Both the position numbers and the translations under genes were made by a program. From Pelomyxa schiedti (Eukaryota; Protista; Evosea), in contig JAHLWZ010000004.1 of NCBI GenBank assembly GCA_020536535.1, positions 248,001 through 312,000 of the forward strand: a DNA stretch of 64,000 bases, read 5' to 3'. Of the stretch, positions 1-13,165 are shown piece after piece (within the stretch, counting starts at the first letter, position 1; each line of letters begins with the position of its first letter). The notes beneath the pieces are model-generated. The model was not told where the DNA came from. It did not search any database and saw only the letters and a list, made by a program, of their open reading frames with translations.

Positions 1-1560
1 CCTATCTCATTTCAAAAGATATACGTGCACTGGTTTTTTCTCCTACACCAATTGCAAATGTTATTGCGAAAATAGATGGTATTCCGTGCAAGTTTCTCCT
101 GCTCTTTGAAACTCTACTAGGTGTTGTTGTGTGTCCCTCTATGATCCGTGATCCCATGCAGCCATGGTTTTACTCCTGTCCCTGGGATGCCTCGGAGTTT
201 TTGACTGGAATTCACAGTACCAAATGAACTTAAATGTCTTCTTTTCTTACGTGCCAAGAAATTACTGTGACGGCCACTAGTAGCTCTACTATTAGTACCA
301 GTACACGACAACAACCGTCTCAATCCACTTCGTCCACATCTCCTTTTTCCCTCAACTTCACTCTAGTCCGTTTTGCCGCACTCTATGGCTTTATTCTCCT
401 TTTTTATTTATATGAGTGGTTACTGGCCCTGATGTTAACCTTCGTTATAATTACCATCATCATTCTTCTTGTGGCACCACTTCTTGGCGTCGTAGTGCCT
501 CAAAGTTGGAAGCGGAGCGTGGAGGTACATTGAGTCAATAAATTCTTATTACTGACATTTTAAGGAAGCCTTACTTGGAAGTTATAGATAACCTCGAATC
601 TGGATCAAAGACACCCTCCTCTATTTTTGATTTTGGTTGTTCTGCACATAATAAGTAGCGAAAAACAACTGGTAGTCCCTGTCTAACAAGATTAAGTTCA
701 GATACAGAGACTTCTGGACATTCCCTCGCATCAGAAGCAAAGCTGACTGTTTTTTCGCAGCTCACTCTTCTTCTGCTTTATTCACCACTGAGGAAACTGT
801 GGCAAAGTTCTCACATTCCCTTGTACATTAGGGCCATCCACTTTGTATATCTTCGTGTAATTTTGTAGGAATCAACCATTTCACAGGTTGGAGTACTACT
901 TCCTTTTCTTGTGCCAATAGGGTATGGGTCAAATGGCCTTACCGGGTGTTCAGTACTATTCTCCTGGGGAATTGGAAAGGGACCAAATAATACCACCTTC
1001 CATACTACTTGGTCTTTTGCATATATGACAGCTTTCTACTTCACTGTGCGTTTTCTAAGCCGCAAATACCTTTGACCCTTTTCTAGGTCGCGTTGCCCCT
1101 CGTCAATGTTTCTTGTAATACCTGCTACTGGGTATTCCTGTATAAAAAGCAAGCCGGCCGCGGAGTAACTATCAGGAAAACCATGAGCGCAATTCTTTTG
1201 GATGTTTTTCTATGTTTAGTAGCTATATCTGGATGCGCAGGCATGCTGGTCATGCAAGCGATATCATACAGCACTCTGTGGGCGTTTTTGTCTCCACTGG
1301 TATATCCTTTCTTTGCCGAAGTCCAGCCCTTTTTAATAAATACTACACAGGTGTGGCTGTGCACAGCACCATTTCTTGCTACGTTTCTTTCTGTACTTCT
1401 ACTCTACCGCTTCAACCTCCTATACAAATTCAGCAACATAAACTGGGAACACTGGGTTCACCAGCTCCGAGGCACGAGTAACAAGGCGAACAAAGAAGCA
1501 CCTGCAAACACTTCAAACGCCAATCCACCAAAGTCCTCTGCCCTTGTTGTGGAATTGTAA
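1..1560 (+). CDS. 3' part of an uncharacterised multi-exon membrane protein (exon chain unresolved; may be more than one gene)
   Basis: Hydrophobic + strand ORFs 234-533 and 1183-1560. Several plausible + strand GT..AG introns (e.g. 525-564, in-frame 1300-1350). Ends tail-to-tail with the PDE gene. No family motif recognised. Confidence 0.35.
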
Positions 1561-1641
1561 AAGGAAGCAAAGAACAAGGAAAGATAAATAATTGTTCGTT
1601 AGAACGTAATCTTACTCTAAATTTTTCAATTAGTTTCTCTG

Positions 1642-4600
1642 CTACTGTACGTGAACGTCGAAATTTTCAGGCAGGGTGTTGGTGCTCCAATAATCACTGT
1701 TTTGGTGTAGGTTTTCTATCAAGTCTGGTAATGGTATGACCCTATCAAGAGTTTCAACAAGAGGTTCAGCAATAAGTCTGTTCGGCAAATGTCAACAAGG
1801 TTTCGCTTAGTTGTTTGGTTTGAATTTTCAACAACACACGATATGAAATTGGTTTGTAGCTTTGGTAATTTTGATACTCCGGCTTCCCGGTCTGTGAAGG
1901 GACTCAAGGGAAGGCCACGTTGTTTTTCTTGATCGCCTTGATTGAAGAACTCTTGAGTGAGTTGCCATACCCATTTTAGCATTTGCTTATGTGGCCGCAT
2001 TACCTACAGAAATTTTTGGTGAGGCAAGTACCACATGTAGTAGACTATTACATTAGAGATATCAGCGGTTTTAATGGCCATGCACAGTAGCTGAGAACGG
2101 TGGTCTTTGTTTTCCTTCAGATTGCAGTTTGGGTCTTCGAGGAGAGTCTTAAGAAAATGTGCTTAGTTTATTGTTGGCAATTCAAAATGAAACTGGGTTT
2201 GAACCTTGAATTTGGAAATTATTTCGAAGTGCAAGGAGACATCTGTGGATAGCACCAAGTTTATAAAAAGTCCCCGCACTTGAAAAGCAGGGTTAACCCT
2301 TTGTTGAGAAAAATACAGGCATACAATACTTCAAGTCTTTGGTAGAGAGGCCCCATGAAGAGGCATACTTGGTGAGAAAAATCTTCATAGAAAAACTCGC
2401 ATGGAAGTTTTCAAGTACACTTCGATCTATTTACGTGAACCATGTGTGTGATATTGACATACTAAACCATTATAATGCAAAGCAAGCTCATCACCTGTGG
2501 CAATCAGGAATGCCTGTTGTTCATTATTTTTTATTTTTATTTTATTCAATTTTTTTTGGTGGAAATGCAAACATTATTGACTCCAGGATGCCCAACATCA
2601 TGAGCTGCCCCAGCAAGAATGAGGGCGAATATATCCAATGCATTTTCAGGACCCAGCAAGCCTCGCAATCCCTTAATGGCAAGGTAATATAGACATTGAA
2701 CGACATCCGCAGCGTGGATGCTATTATGATAAGCATTGTTCTAAAGAGGTATCATCAATGATGGTATTAGAATAATAGGAATACCCTATAGTGGGTCTCT
2801 AATTCAGCAATGAAGGAGCGAACATAGTCGAGAGGGATTTTGAGTTGCTGCAGTACACCAAGAGACAGCAAAGCCTATTATGTGTGAGTGATTCATCATT
2901 GACGTAACAAACAACATGGATAGTGACACGTTCTAATATTCCTTCAGTTGGAAGTTCGAATACCTTCAACATGTCAACTAATCAGACAGTAGGAGAAATT
3001 ACATCAAACGCAAAAGATTCCAGGTCCAGGTCACGAGGGGAGCTGACAATAACGCTTTGGAGCCTACTCGTGAGCGGCGGAATATTTGTGTGAGAAGAAT
3101 CTTGAAGCAATGACATAGGTGTAATTTCGTCGTTTAGCCTACAGTATCATTAAGTAGAACCCACAACAGTAACAGTACAACCATTTCTGGATATCGCTAT
3201 CTAAGAAGTCAGTTTGCTTCTTTAAATCCGGCATAAAGAGGTCCCCGGTATGTGTTAGGTGCTCAATGATATCGTCAATAACGGCACTACTTTTTTTATC
3301 AGCCTTTTTACGCAGAAACCTCAATTTTTCTATTATCTGAGGAGATGAGTGGACGTCGTTGCGCAAAACCATACCTTTGTTATTCCAGCATCAAGATCAA
3401 TTTTCGTCTCGGGGCTCACAGATGGAGTTTTATGACTCAGAGAAATGGATGAAAAGATTCTGGAAACGAATTACAATAATAAAATGAAAGGAATATGAAG
3501 TACCCAATCAGGAAAACAACAACAACAATAGCAATGGTTATTATAACTGTCAATTTGATGCTATCATCAACTGAGCTTGTATAGGTTCTATTCAAAACAT
3601 CATGCTACGAAGAGGAACGGAAATGATTCTTACTGAGTGTCAATAGCAAGAACGAGTGTCCAATTAACGGTAGGGTAAGGAGCTATATGACTCACTACAG
3701 AAAGATTTAGATTAGCTAGGCCTTTCAAATGTACCTTTCCTGTACTCCGGTAAGAAATAAGAAAGTAAAAAGGGATTTACAATTTATAAATTCCAAATTC
3801 GTCCCGGTACCCCAACTGGAAGTCTGCTATGAAGTTGGATAAGTTCGTCTTCTGTGTGATGACATCATAGGAGCCGGAAATACGAGAATTTGAACAGTTA
3901 TTTGGAAACGCTGTACTATAACCAAGGTGAAATTTCCTACCAAATAGTTATTTACGATACCCCAACTCACTCGCGTTAATAGACACTGAACCAAGAGTTG
4001 CCATTACAAGCCCAGAGTAATCAAGCAAATAACCAAAGCCGAGTCCTTGAAGCTCGATGTCAGAAAGTAGCCCAGTGATCTTCCCATAAGTTAGCATGGT
4101 GACAAGATTCCCTTGCACATACAAGAGCCACCTCTATCCCACTAGTCGACCAAGCAATAGGAGTGTTATTGGAAACAAGGACCTTGTAATTGTAAGGACA
4201 GAAGATAAGGGTATCACACAGAAACCTTGGCAAGGTTGATGAGAAGCCTAGATGTCCCTCTGGCAGGCTGATTAAAACACTAAAAAAGGAACTTATACTC
4301 ACAAAACATCCACTAAAATTGGGTCACTGAAGGCGGCCCCATCCAGGTATGACCTTCGCAGTATACTGCTCCAACGTATGACATTATCTTGGCAAAGCAC
4401 TCTTGACAGGCCTGGTTGTTCCAACGAGACAGTATTCATGCATAAGAAGCCATTTTCGACACCAACTTCCTTCTGTGCCACGGCTAGAGTGCTGTTGGAA
4501 AGGGGTGCCACTAAGCTCAAAGTCTAATATTGGGAATGTTAAACGTATTTGCAGGTAGCAGGGGACAGTACCACGTTCACAAGAGAAATATGTGAGGATT

Positions 4601-4846
4601 CCATCATGGGGTCAAAGTTAAGGGGATCTGTTGGAATCAAAATGATAGACAGCTGAGTACTATCCTAACAGAAGTGATTCACTTGCAGACTAAGAAGAAA
4701 AAAACCATACTCTAAGACTAGCACTTGTTTGGCGAGTCCAAAGAGCAGAAGCATGGCCAGGTTTCAGTAAGTCGGGGTTAAGTCTTAGTTCATCAAAAAT
4801 CGATTCAATTTGTCCGTCCAGTACCTAAATGTGGTATACTAAATAA

Positions 4847-4878
<32 letters not shown>

Positions 4879-5369
4879 CAAAAAGCTGTACCCCTAGTCT
4901 GTTCAGAATCTCATAAGAGACCACTTCACATAAAAAAAAAAAAGTGAGTATCACCCAGCAAAAATTTGCCGCGATTCCCAGAAAAAGAACACACACAGCT
5001 TCCTGCCTCTGCTATTGTTCTCGACACCATGGTGTCCACAGCCCTGCTAGTGTTGATGTGCCACACCACAAACAGCGGAACGGCAGTGGCCACAACCAGC
5101 ACCGCAGCCAGTGCCACCCCCCTGCCCCTGGGGCTCCTCGCGGCCCTCTTCGCCCACACCCGCAGCCCCTTGCTTTCTCCTCCTCCTCCTCCTCCTCCTC
5201 CCCCCTTTGGTTTGGATCTGGGCCTGCCCCCTGTGCCCGGCAGAGGGGGTGACAGAGACGAGGACCCCGGCGGCCTGGGCGGGGTACCCGAGGAGCCCCG
5301 CGGGGTGTGGCTCGTCCTCAGAGGGGGCGTCGTGGGAGGTGCTGCTGCTGTCTCGGCGGTGGCCGCCAT
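1642..5369 (-). CDS. Receptor-type class I 3',5'-cyclic nucleotide phosphodiesterase (TM - dCache-like ectodomain - TM - PDEase_I)
   Basis: Spliced translation gives PDEase_I motifs YHNSIHAADV, AAHDVGHPGVNN, SVLENFHA, IKTADISN, EFFNQGDQEK, LQTNFI. TM1 VALAAVLVVATAVPLFVVW; Cache-like FSDPILVDVLGTSRLLINLAK...GFGYLLDYSGLVMA; TM2 LTVIITIAIVVVVFLIG. Confidence 0.88.
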
Positions 5370-5653
5370 TTTTTTTCTTTGTGTCAATCGGCGTACCGGG
5401 GACAATTGAAACGCCGAAATGAGTGAAAATTTTTTCTTTTGTTGTTTGTCGGCTTCGTGAGTGGCAAACAATCAAAATCACACAACATCCAGGAAGAACT
5501 ACGATTTTGGGTTCTCCGACTGCACAATCCGGGTCGCATTAGCATAACAGGAATTTTTTTTGTTTTTCTATTTGTTTGTTAGGTGGTTTGCAAAGGCAAA
5601 AAAAGTGTACACAATAGAGTTTGTGGTGGGTGAAGTGAGTACCAACGAAGCCA

Positions 5654-7782
5654 CTAGTCATTTCCGCCATATCCTTCAAGGTCCGGTTCCTCGTCAACAG
5701 TGGAAGCCGGGGGAAGGTTGGATGGAGGTGGGGCTGTGGAGGGTGGTGGAACCATCATGACTGATTCTGTTGTGGAAACGTTCGTGGTTATGGTACCGTC
5801 AGTCACTCCACTTCCGATCCCAGGGTCAACCGTAGTGGTCATGGCTATTCCCATCATACCGGGTTGCATCATGCCACCAGAGGCTAGTAATGACATATCC
5901 GTAATGGGGTTGCCCATTTGGTCCACAACCATAGTCATCATTGGCACACCTGTGCCTGTGCCACTCATCATCATACTTCCTCCCATTGACATGGGTTCCA
6001 TGGTGAACTGACTGTCTGTAGGGGGTACAAATGAGGGTACAAAGGAGGGCACAGAGTTATCGGGTTGGTGGGATCGGCGATAGGCTACAAATCTGAGGTT
6101 GTGGTGACATAATGTTTAGTTGAGTTCTCAGTAAGAGAAAAGAAGAATACCCGACGACTGCGGCACCGGCAGCACAAAGGGCCGCACCAGCAGCTACTAG
6201 TGCAGCAATAATAGCCACAGGGGAGTCGTGATGGTCATCGTGGTAACTTGACTCCGTTAGATGGGAGTGTGGTTCTTCAGACGATACCGGAACTAAGTCA
6301 AAGTGAGAGCAAGAGAGGCCAGTAAATCACGTACTTGGGCCACACTCGTCGGCAATACACGTTTCATTGGACAAACAACCCACTGTATGTTGAGTTTTGA
6401 CATCGCAGTCTGGGTCATGTGACCCACACTCACAGTTGCAGCCATCAGAAGTGTTGTATGTGCTATAACCGCAACTGTATTCCAAAACTGTAACAAAGTA
6501 AGCCAAGAGGGAAAAAATAGCAAATTACAACTTCCGCATTGAAAGGAAACGGCGTCACAATATGCAGCAGGTATGTCACGGCAACCAGAAACGTTAAGGC
6601 GAGGGGTGTCCCAGGCACCATACTGCCACCGCTTGTCCAAACAGTCGGGATCTGCTGCAAGGGCGGAGCCACAGTCACAATTACAAGTTTCACCATCCCA
6701 CCATGTGTTTGCAGGACAGTTGAACCACGGATCTACGCAACTCAGGAGCGTGGGACTGCAATATTGGTTGACACCGCAGTTGGAAGGATTTGTAAGATTA
6801 TGGCAATCAATATCCTGGCTAGTGTAAGACGAATGTCAAGTGGTAGGCCTACATAAAATCCACAATAGCAGTCACAAAAACCATCATCCCACTGGGATGC
6901 ATTGCAGGTCCAAAAAGGGGGTGCGCCAGCAGTTTCGGCATCTAGGACGGTTGTTATTCAGTAATAAGTCAGACATTCAAGGCTAACTTATGCTCGCGCC
7001 CACTCCTCGCACGAACAGGGTGTGCAATTTTTTAGCAGGATTAGCTAAGGGCTGTAGGAGTGAAAAAGAGTTTCCTGCGGAACTGACCCAAGAGCTATGG
7101 TAATTGCCTGTTGTTGTTACATCAGCTGCCATGGCAACAGGGTGTATGGTGTAAAGGGACTCAACACTGAAGCCCAGATACACCGGATCGGTATAGGCAA
7201 CTAAAAAAGATAAATGCTTTGGCTGACTTGGATTTGAGTGGGAGTTCATACTAAAATTGTAGGCAGAAATGTCTATGGAGAACCAAGTGACATAACTGCA
7301 AGCAGGGAAGGTGTGTTGAAAGGATGCTGTATGATTTTTGGTGGCTGTGACTACAGTGAAAGCAGCGTCCTGGTATAGAACTGCTCCTACATTTCCTACG
7401 GCTGATCCATTTGTTCCACAGAGTAGGCCACAGACCTAGATGTGTTATAATTTGCCCTCGTTTATATTTTCAAAAAAAAAAAAAAGTTTCAGCGTCAAGA
7501 TACCGTGTTGAACTTGTACGGCAGAGTAGGGGGTCTCATTTCTTGCAGAAAAACCCCACAACGCCGACTGTTGTCACCATCTGTTGGCACTTAAAAGAAG
7601 AAGAATAAAGGAAGATGCATACAACACGGAAGGTTAATGGCAGAAAAACCATTCTTCAAATCGTTTGAATCGTAAACGAGAGACCCAACGACACCGGAGC
7701 ACTCCGTAATATCACATCGACACGCGGCGAATAATAGTGACAACAGCACCGCTGCTGACGGCCAACAAACAACGATCTTCAT
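5654..7782 (-). CDS. Type I cell-surface protein with three Cys-rich (DG-C-x-C-x-CG..D-x-DC) repeats, TM and Met/Gly-rich cytoplasmic tail
   Basis: Signal peptide MKIVVCWPSAAVLLSLLFAACRC. Repeats WDDGFCDCYCGFYDIDC, WDGETCNCDCGSALAADPDC, SDGCNCECGSHDPDC. TM PVAIIAALVAAGAALCAAGAAVV. Tail is ORF 5654-6052. Confidence 0.7.
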
Positions 7783-8265
7783 CGGCCGGAAAACGGAACG
7801 TGGAAGAGCGGTGTTTTTTTTTTTTTTTTGTTTCAACAGTTCTTCGTTTTTTTCTTTCCAAACAGAGGAGCCGAGATTTCCGTTAGTGATCTTCCCCGAA
7901 TGGATCTCGAGCCTGTTTTTTAGAACTGTTTACCTTTGTCTGGCTCACACCTCCTCACTCCCATGGCTCTTCCAAGACACTACCCTCCAGCTCCCCAGTC
8001 CTCCAGAGTCCCAGCACAAGCCAAAAAAAAAAAAACCTTCCAAAGGAACCAACTGCGCCTTTTTTGAGGTCAAGCGTTTTGTTGTTCGCGACCGGGAAAA
8101 AAATCAGCACCCCCGCTAGCGGCATCACCCCACGCACGCTAGCACGACCACGCCTCCCACCTGCACCTGGCCACTTGCCAATCAAACTAAATTAATTCCC
8201 CTGCTAGCGCGACTGCTCCCGCACCATACGAAAACATACATATAAAAAAACAAAAAAAAACCGAC

Positions 8266-10553
8266 ATGGCAGCCAACCCCGCAGCTGTTAAGTCCGCCCT
8301 TGTTGGCAATTCTAGGACTCTCTCACCGGCCACCGTCAACACGATGTCGCCAGATCCACAACCTACGTCCGCCCCCTCCCCTACTTCTGGCCTATCAACA
8401 ACCCCCTCCGCTTCCCAGCCCACGAGGGCCGACGTCGGTAACAGCGGCGCAAAAACCGGCGCAACCGCGGCTCCACGCTCGCGAGCGTCGCCCCCGGTCA
8501 CCACATCCCCGACAGTTATACAACAGCAGCAACAACAAGAACCAAAACAGACGCAGCAGCAGCAACAGCAGCCGAGTATAGGCGTGCCGCAGTCTACCTC
8601 GCCTACGGCGACGTTGGCGTCGTCAGGTGGGCCCGTCACCGTGTCCACACAGGGTTCCATGGCCCCGCTACTGCCGGACCCTGTCCCAACCATGTCCAAG
8701 GTGGTACATGTCAGGAATGTACTGGAATCCATGAACGAGCAGCTCGTGGCTTTCGCTTCTCAATTTGGAAACGTTGTGGCTTGTAAGCTTTTCCCTGTAG
8801 GTTCACACCACAATAACTTTATTTACAGACGTTCACCTTGCAAAATTCAATCAAGCACTCATTGAGATGGCAAACATCAGCGCCGCCTCTGCACTTGTTA
8901 CAGCAACCCGCGAACGCCCTGTTTACATCAATGACACAGAACTCCAATTCAGTTATAGCAAAAGCCAAAAGATCAATCAGCAATCAATGAAAAGGTTCAC
9001 ATATCCTTCTGTGTGTGTACTAATTTGATTCAGGTCACCACAACAACCAAATCGCGTTCTTCTCGTATCCATTATTAATCCATTGTACGCCATAACTGTG
9101 GATGTACTGTACGCCATTATGTCACCCTATGGTGCTGTGCAGCGTATTGTCATATTTTCCAAGAATGGTGTTCAAGCTCTTGTTGAGTACGGAGTGTTCA
9201 CCTTTCTAGTGGCGATTTTACTTTTGTCAGGTTTGACACTTCTCAGAGTGCGTCCATTGCCAAATCAGCCTTGGAAGGCAAAGACATCTATTCAGGAGCA
9301 TGTACCCTCAAGATCGAGTTCTCCCACACAGAAAAACTCAATGTGACTGCAAACACTGATACTACTCGCGATTTCACAAATCCTGGACTCCCAACTGGCC
9401 CCTTACCCGGCATGTTCTCGTCTGGTATAATTAACGTAAAAATAACAACTGTAGGATTCTTTTTCTAATTCAAGTCCGTAGGCCAAGTTTTACAACCCAC
9501 AATGCAATCAATGAGAGAGCAATATCCCGGGATGGGGATGTCCTCTCTGGTCGGTTACGTTGATCCCTCTGTTGCCGTCGCTCAAGTACAAGGTTTCAAA
9601 ATGATGCTTGTGAGGTCCACTCACTTTTCCTAGCTGCTGCAATGGACTTCTACCGAAGTGTTGGTGTGGAGACACATTCAGTACTGATGGTTTACAATGT
9701 GGATGACAAAGCATTCACTCCGGATCGCCTTTTCAATTTGTTCTGCCTTTATGGCAATGTACTCAAGGTAGAATTTGTGTCCTATTAGATCCATCTAAGT
9801 TTTTTCACAGATTAAATGCCTGGGGACGAAAAAGGGCGTGGCCATGGTTCAAATGGGTGATGGTATGATGGCCGAGACGGCCAAGAACTTCCTTAACGGA
9901 GCCACACTATTTTCACAGCAACTTCAAATCGTTTTTTCACGCCACCCATACATTTTGGACAGCAGGGCTTCTCCAACTGTAATCCCGTTTTCTTTCTAGT
10001 TAAGGAAACCGATTGTCGTTTAGGATGAGCTTTCTGCTGAACTTCAACCAACCACAATGTGTAAAGATTTCTCTTCTTCACCTCTCAACAGATGCAAGTC
10101 ATCCAGTTCACTTCGCCGTAATTTCCCTGCATTGTCACACCTTTTTTTTTTTTTTCTAAAACGAAATTTACAGATGTTTACCGCCCATCACACAGCCTTT
10201 ATTTTAACAACATACCAAACGACTTCACTGAGGAAAACATGCTCGCGGTTTTCCAAAATCTCCATGCACCACTCCCTACCACTGTGAAATTCTTCACAAA
10301 ACGAGAACCACTCACACCAGGCAAGGAGGATCGCAAGTAAGTTATTCCGCACATAGTTACATGTTTCTAATTTTATCCAACCAGTACCAGAGAAGGACTC
10401 ATTGAGTTCATGGATGCCCCCACTGCCACAAATGCACTCTGCATTGCCAACAACATTAAAGTCACACCACTTATCACACTACGGCTTGCCTTCTCCAAGC
10501 CGCCCACGCTCAATTCCTCCCCGGCCTACACCCAAACAGTACTCCACTCCTAA
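8266..10553 (+). CDS. PTB: Polypyrimidine-tract-binding / hnRNP L family protein (4 RRMs)
   Basis: SKVVHVRNV (RRM1); NRVLLVSIINPLYAITVDVL...GAVQRIVIFSKNGVQALVEF...LEGKDIYSGACTLKIEFS...TRDFTNP (RRM2); PDRLFNLFCLYGNV (RRM3); LRLAFSK (RRM4). Q/S/T-rich N-terminus. Confidence 0.9.
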
Positions 10554-10696
10554 GAAACAAAAACCTCCACCCCAAATAACCATCCCTACACATCCAGACT
10601 TTACAACTAAATTGACTTCAAATAAACGCCTTTTTGGTTTCGAAATAAAAAAAGAAACCTATTTGGTTTACATCTTGGGCGGTTATTTGCGTTAGT

Positions 10697-13105
10697 ATGG
10701 GGATGTCGTTGAGTTCGTTGGCGCAAAGGCCCGTTGCGTGGCGATCTTTGACGCTAGATGGGAGTCCACTGATACCCAACACTCGAGTATCCCACAATAG
10801 GACGAGGAGCCCCGACGGCGATAGAAGCACTGCATCGCCGCTGGAAATTGGAACTGGGAGTGATGGCGGGGTTGGGGGCCAAAGGCACGTGCCGAGACTG
10901 GTTCATTTGTGCTTCAGAAATGTGCTGAGGCTGATGAAGAATGGCTTCGGTTGGAGTTGAGTTATGGGTGGTGCAGGTTTTTTGGTTTTTGGTTTTGGGG
11001 GACTTTGGTTCCTGTTCGTTTGTTAGGTATTTTGTTGATGGTCTTTCTCTTATGGATTTGTGTAGCAAAGATATCACTTCCAGCAGAAATAGTTGGCGAA
11101 CTTTTCATATTTGCTTTGGAGGAACACGTGTGTTATAAGATAATTTACACAACTCCTACACAATTCACTTAGAGATTGGATGACACTATTTTTATGAACC
11201 TCTTGGATTCATGTCTCATCCAGTTGGATGGAGAACCTACTGTTGTACCAACTCCTGAACAAGCTGTTGTACCTCTCCTGCCAGTTCCACCTCTACTACT
11301 GGGAGGAGTACAGCCAAAGATGCTTACAAAGATATCTCTTGGTTACATAGGCCAAAAATACCATGATGCTGTTCGGGTTGCAGATTTCAGGTTGTTTGAA
11401 TTGGAGGAATGTGAACTTGGCCTGGTCCTATTCGAATTTCTTAGTGCTTGTACATCAATTGAGACCATTGTTCTTACTGAGTACAATAATATTAAATCAC
11501 ATCCCAACATCGCTGCGGCCGTCTGTGCATCTAAGAACACTCTGTTGGAATTGGATATCAGTCAGAGTGTTGTCTCTTCTCAATTCCTGTGTGATGTTTT
11601 TGCTCAGTGTACCAATCTGCGCCACTTGAATCTTGAAGCTCAAGCTTCTGTGGACATAAGGTTGCCGTCTCATTAACCTCTCTAAACATCTGTTAGTGTC
11701 ATCAAGTGCATGGTCGCAAACATTCCAGAGATGGAATCTTTGAATTTCTCTCAGTGCCCAAATTTTTCTGCTGAGTGTCTTCTCCTTATTACTCAGACCT
11801 ATAAGAACACACTTTCGACTCTTTTCTTGGATGAGTGTTTTAAGGAAGAGAAAGATACAAATACACTGGTTCTTCTTCCAGCAAATTTCATTTCAGCCTC
11901 ACAAGATTTAGAGAGAAGCCTGTTTGAGCATAGCACAATGTACTAAGATGCAACAAATAAAATTGGCAGCTGTACTCCCAGGCCTATCTGCACAGGTGAA
12001 ATACAGACTCACTTTCGATTTTTCTCCTGAGCTCATTACCATAAAAAACCCAGATACTAAACAACCTTCCGGAACTTAGACAACTCTGGACACATTCAAG
12101 TCTCTTTTTTTTGGTCTGTTCTATGCTAATTATTTTTTCTTTCTTAGTTCAAGATGTTGTCTTTCCTCCACTTCTTCGGGAAATTACAGTAAATGACAAC
12201 GGCGCATTTGCATATTGCAGTGGCGAGGTTGAGACCATTTTTACTTTCTGTGAAGAAGAAACTGACACTGTACGAAATTCTTCAAACAAACAAAACCCCA
12301 TCGCATCAAGTCGAAAGGAATAATATAAAAACCAGTAGATATCCTTTCCAAACGGATTACGAAGTCTATGGGTGATCCAAGAAAATCCACCTCCCACTAC
12401 TAGTGTAATGGGCCGCCGTATTTACAGAGCGCTATCCAACTGTTCAAACCTACAGATTTTATGCTGTGGTAGCCCTGTTCTAGATGAAGATGTAAGAGCA
12501 CCAAAATCCTGAAATCCCCAGTACCACTTTTTTAAACCCGTAGGTAGCAGCTCTATCCTCACATTGCCAGCATCTATCCGTTGTTAGACTATTGCGTAAC
12601 CAAGTTTGTCTAATTTGAGTTCTATATCACATTTAATCTGCTAGAAATTGACTGATAACACCATCTTTCATATTGCCAGACCATGTCTGGTTGAGATTAA
12701 CTTGTCATCACCTGAAATATGTACGAAAAAACCTCTTTCAAACAAAAAGTTACACACAACAACTAAAAAAAACAAAACAAAACAAAAACAGCCGATTTAT
12801 CTGTATTTGCACTTGCAGCACACTGCCCTTGGCTTGTAATAGTTCAGCTTGGTGGTTGCACAAAAATCACTGACAGAGGTGCCATTACACTCCTTAAGAA
12901 CTGTCACAGGATACTTTTACTTGATCTGGCTGGCACTAGTGTGACTGCACAAGTGGCAAATTACGTTGCCATGACACCAGATAATGCCCCAGCACTGAGA
13001 ATGCTGGGATTACCGCACACTCTGGATATACAGAAAGAGGCCCTTGTGGCCTCTCATCCGCGCCTTTTGTTGAAACAGGAGAAAGATGAATGCTGTATTT
13101 TATGA
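10697..13105 (+). CDS. F-box-like/leucine-rich-repeat protein ending in a CaaX box (FBXL2/20-like)
   Basis: SLPAEIVGELF F-box-like segment; Cys-containing LRRs (LLELDISQS, CTNLRHLNL, MESLNFSQCPNFS, ILLLDLAGTSVT); C-terminus ...DECCIL*. Confidence 0.7.
11996..12086 (+). repeat. Copy 1 of a 91-nt repeat: 84-nt intron (11996-12079) plus 7 exonic nt
   Basis: GTGAAATACAGACTC...GGAACTTAG|ACAACTC. Splicing restores the LRR gene frame (LSAQ|TTLDTFKSLFF). Two mismatches to the copy at 21461. Confidence 0.9.
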
Positions 13106-13165
13106 GGAATTATGGCCTAAAAAGAGATAGCGATTCATTGCCATACAAATAATTCCATTACTTTT

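Noticed and set aside
571-1364. Minus-strand gene sharing a CATG (1182-1185) with a plus-strand start
   Set aside because: I could not build a stop-free minus-strand exon chain. Plus-strand splice signals and TM segments explain the region better.
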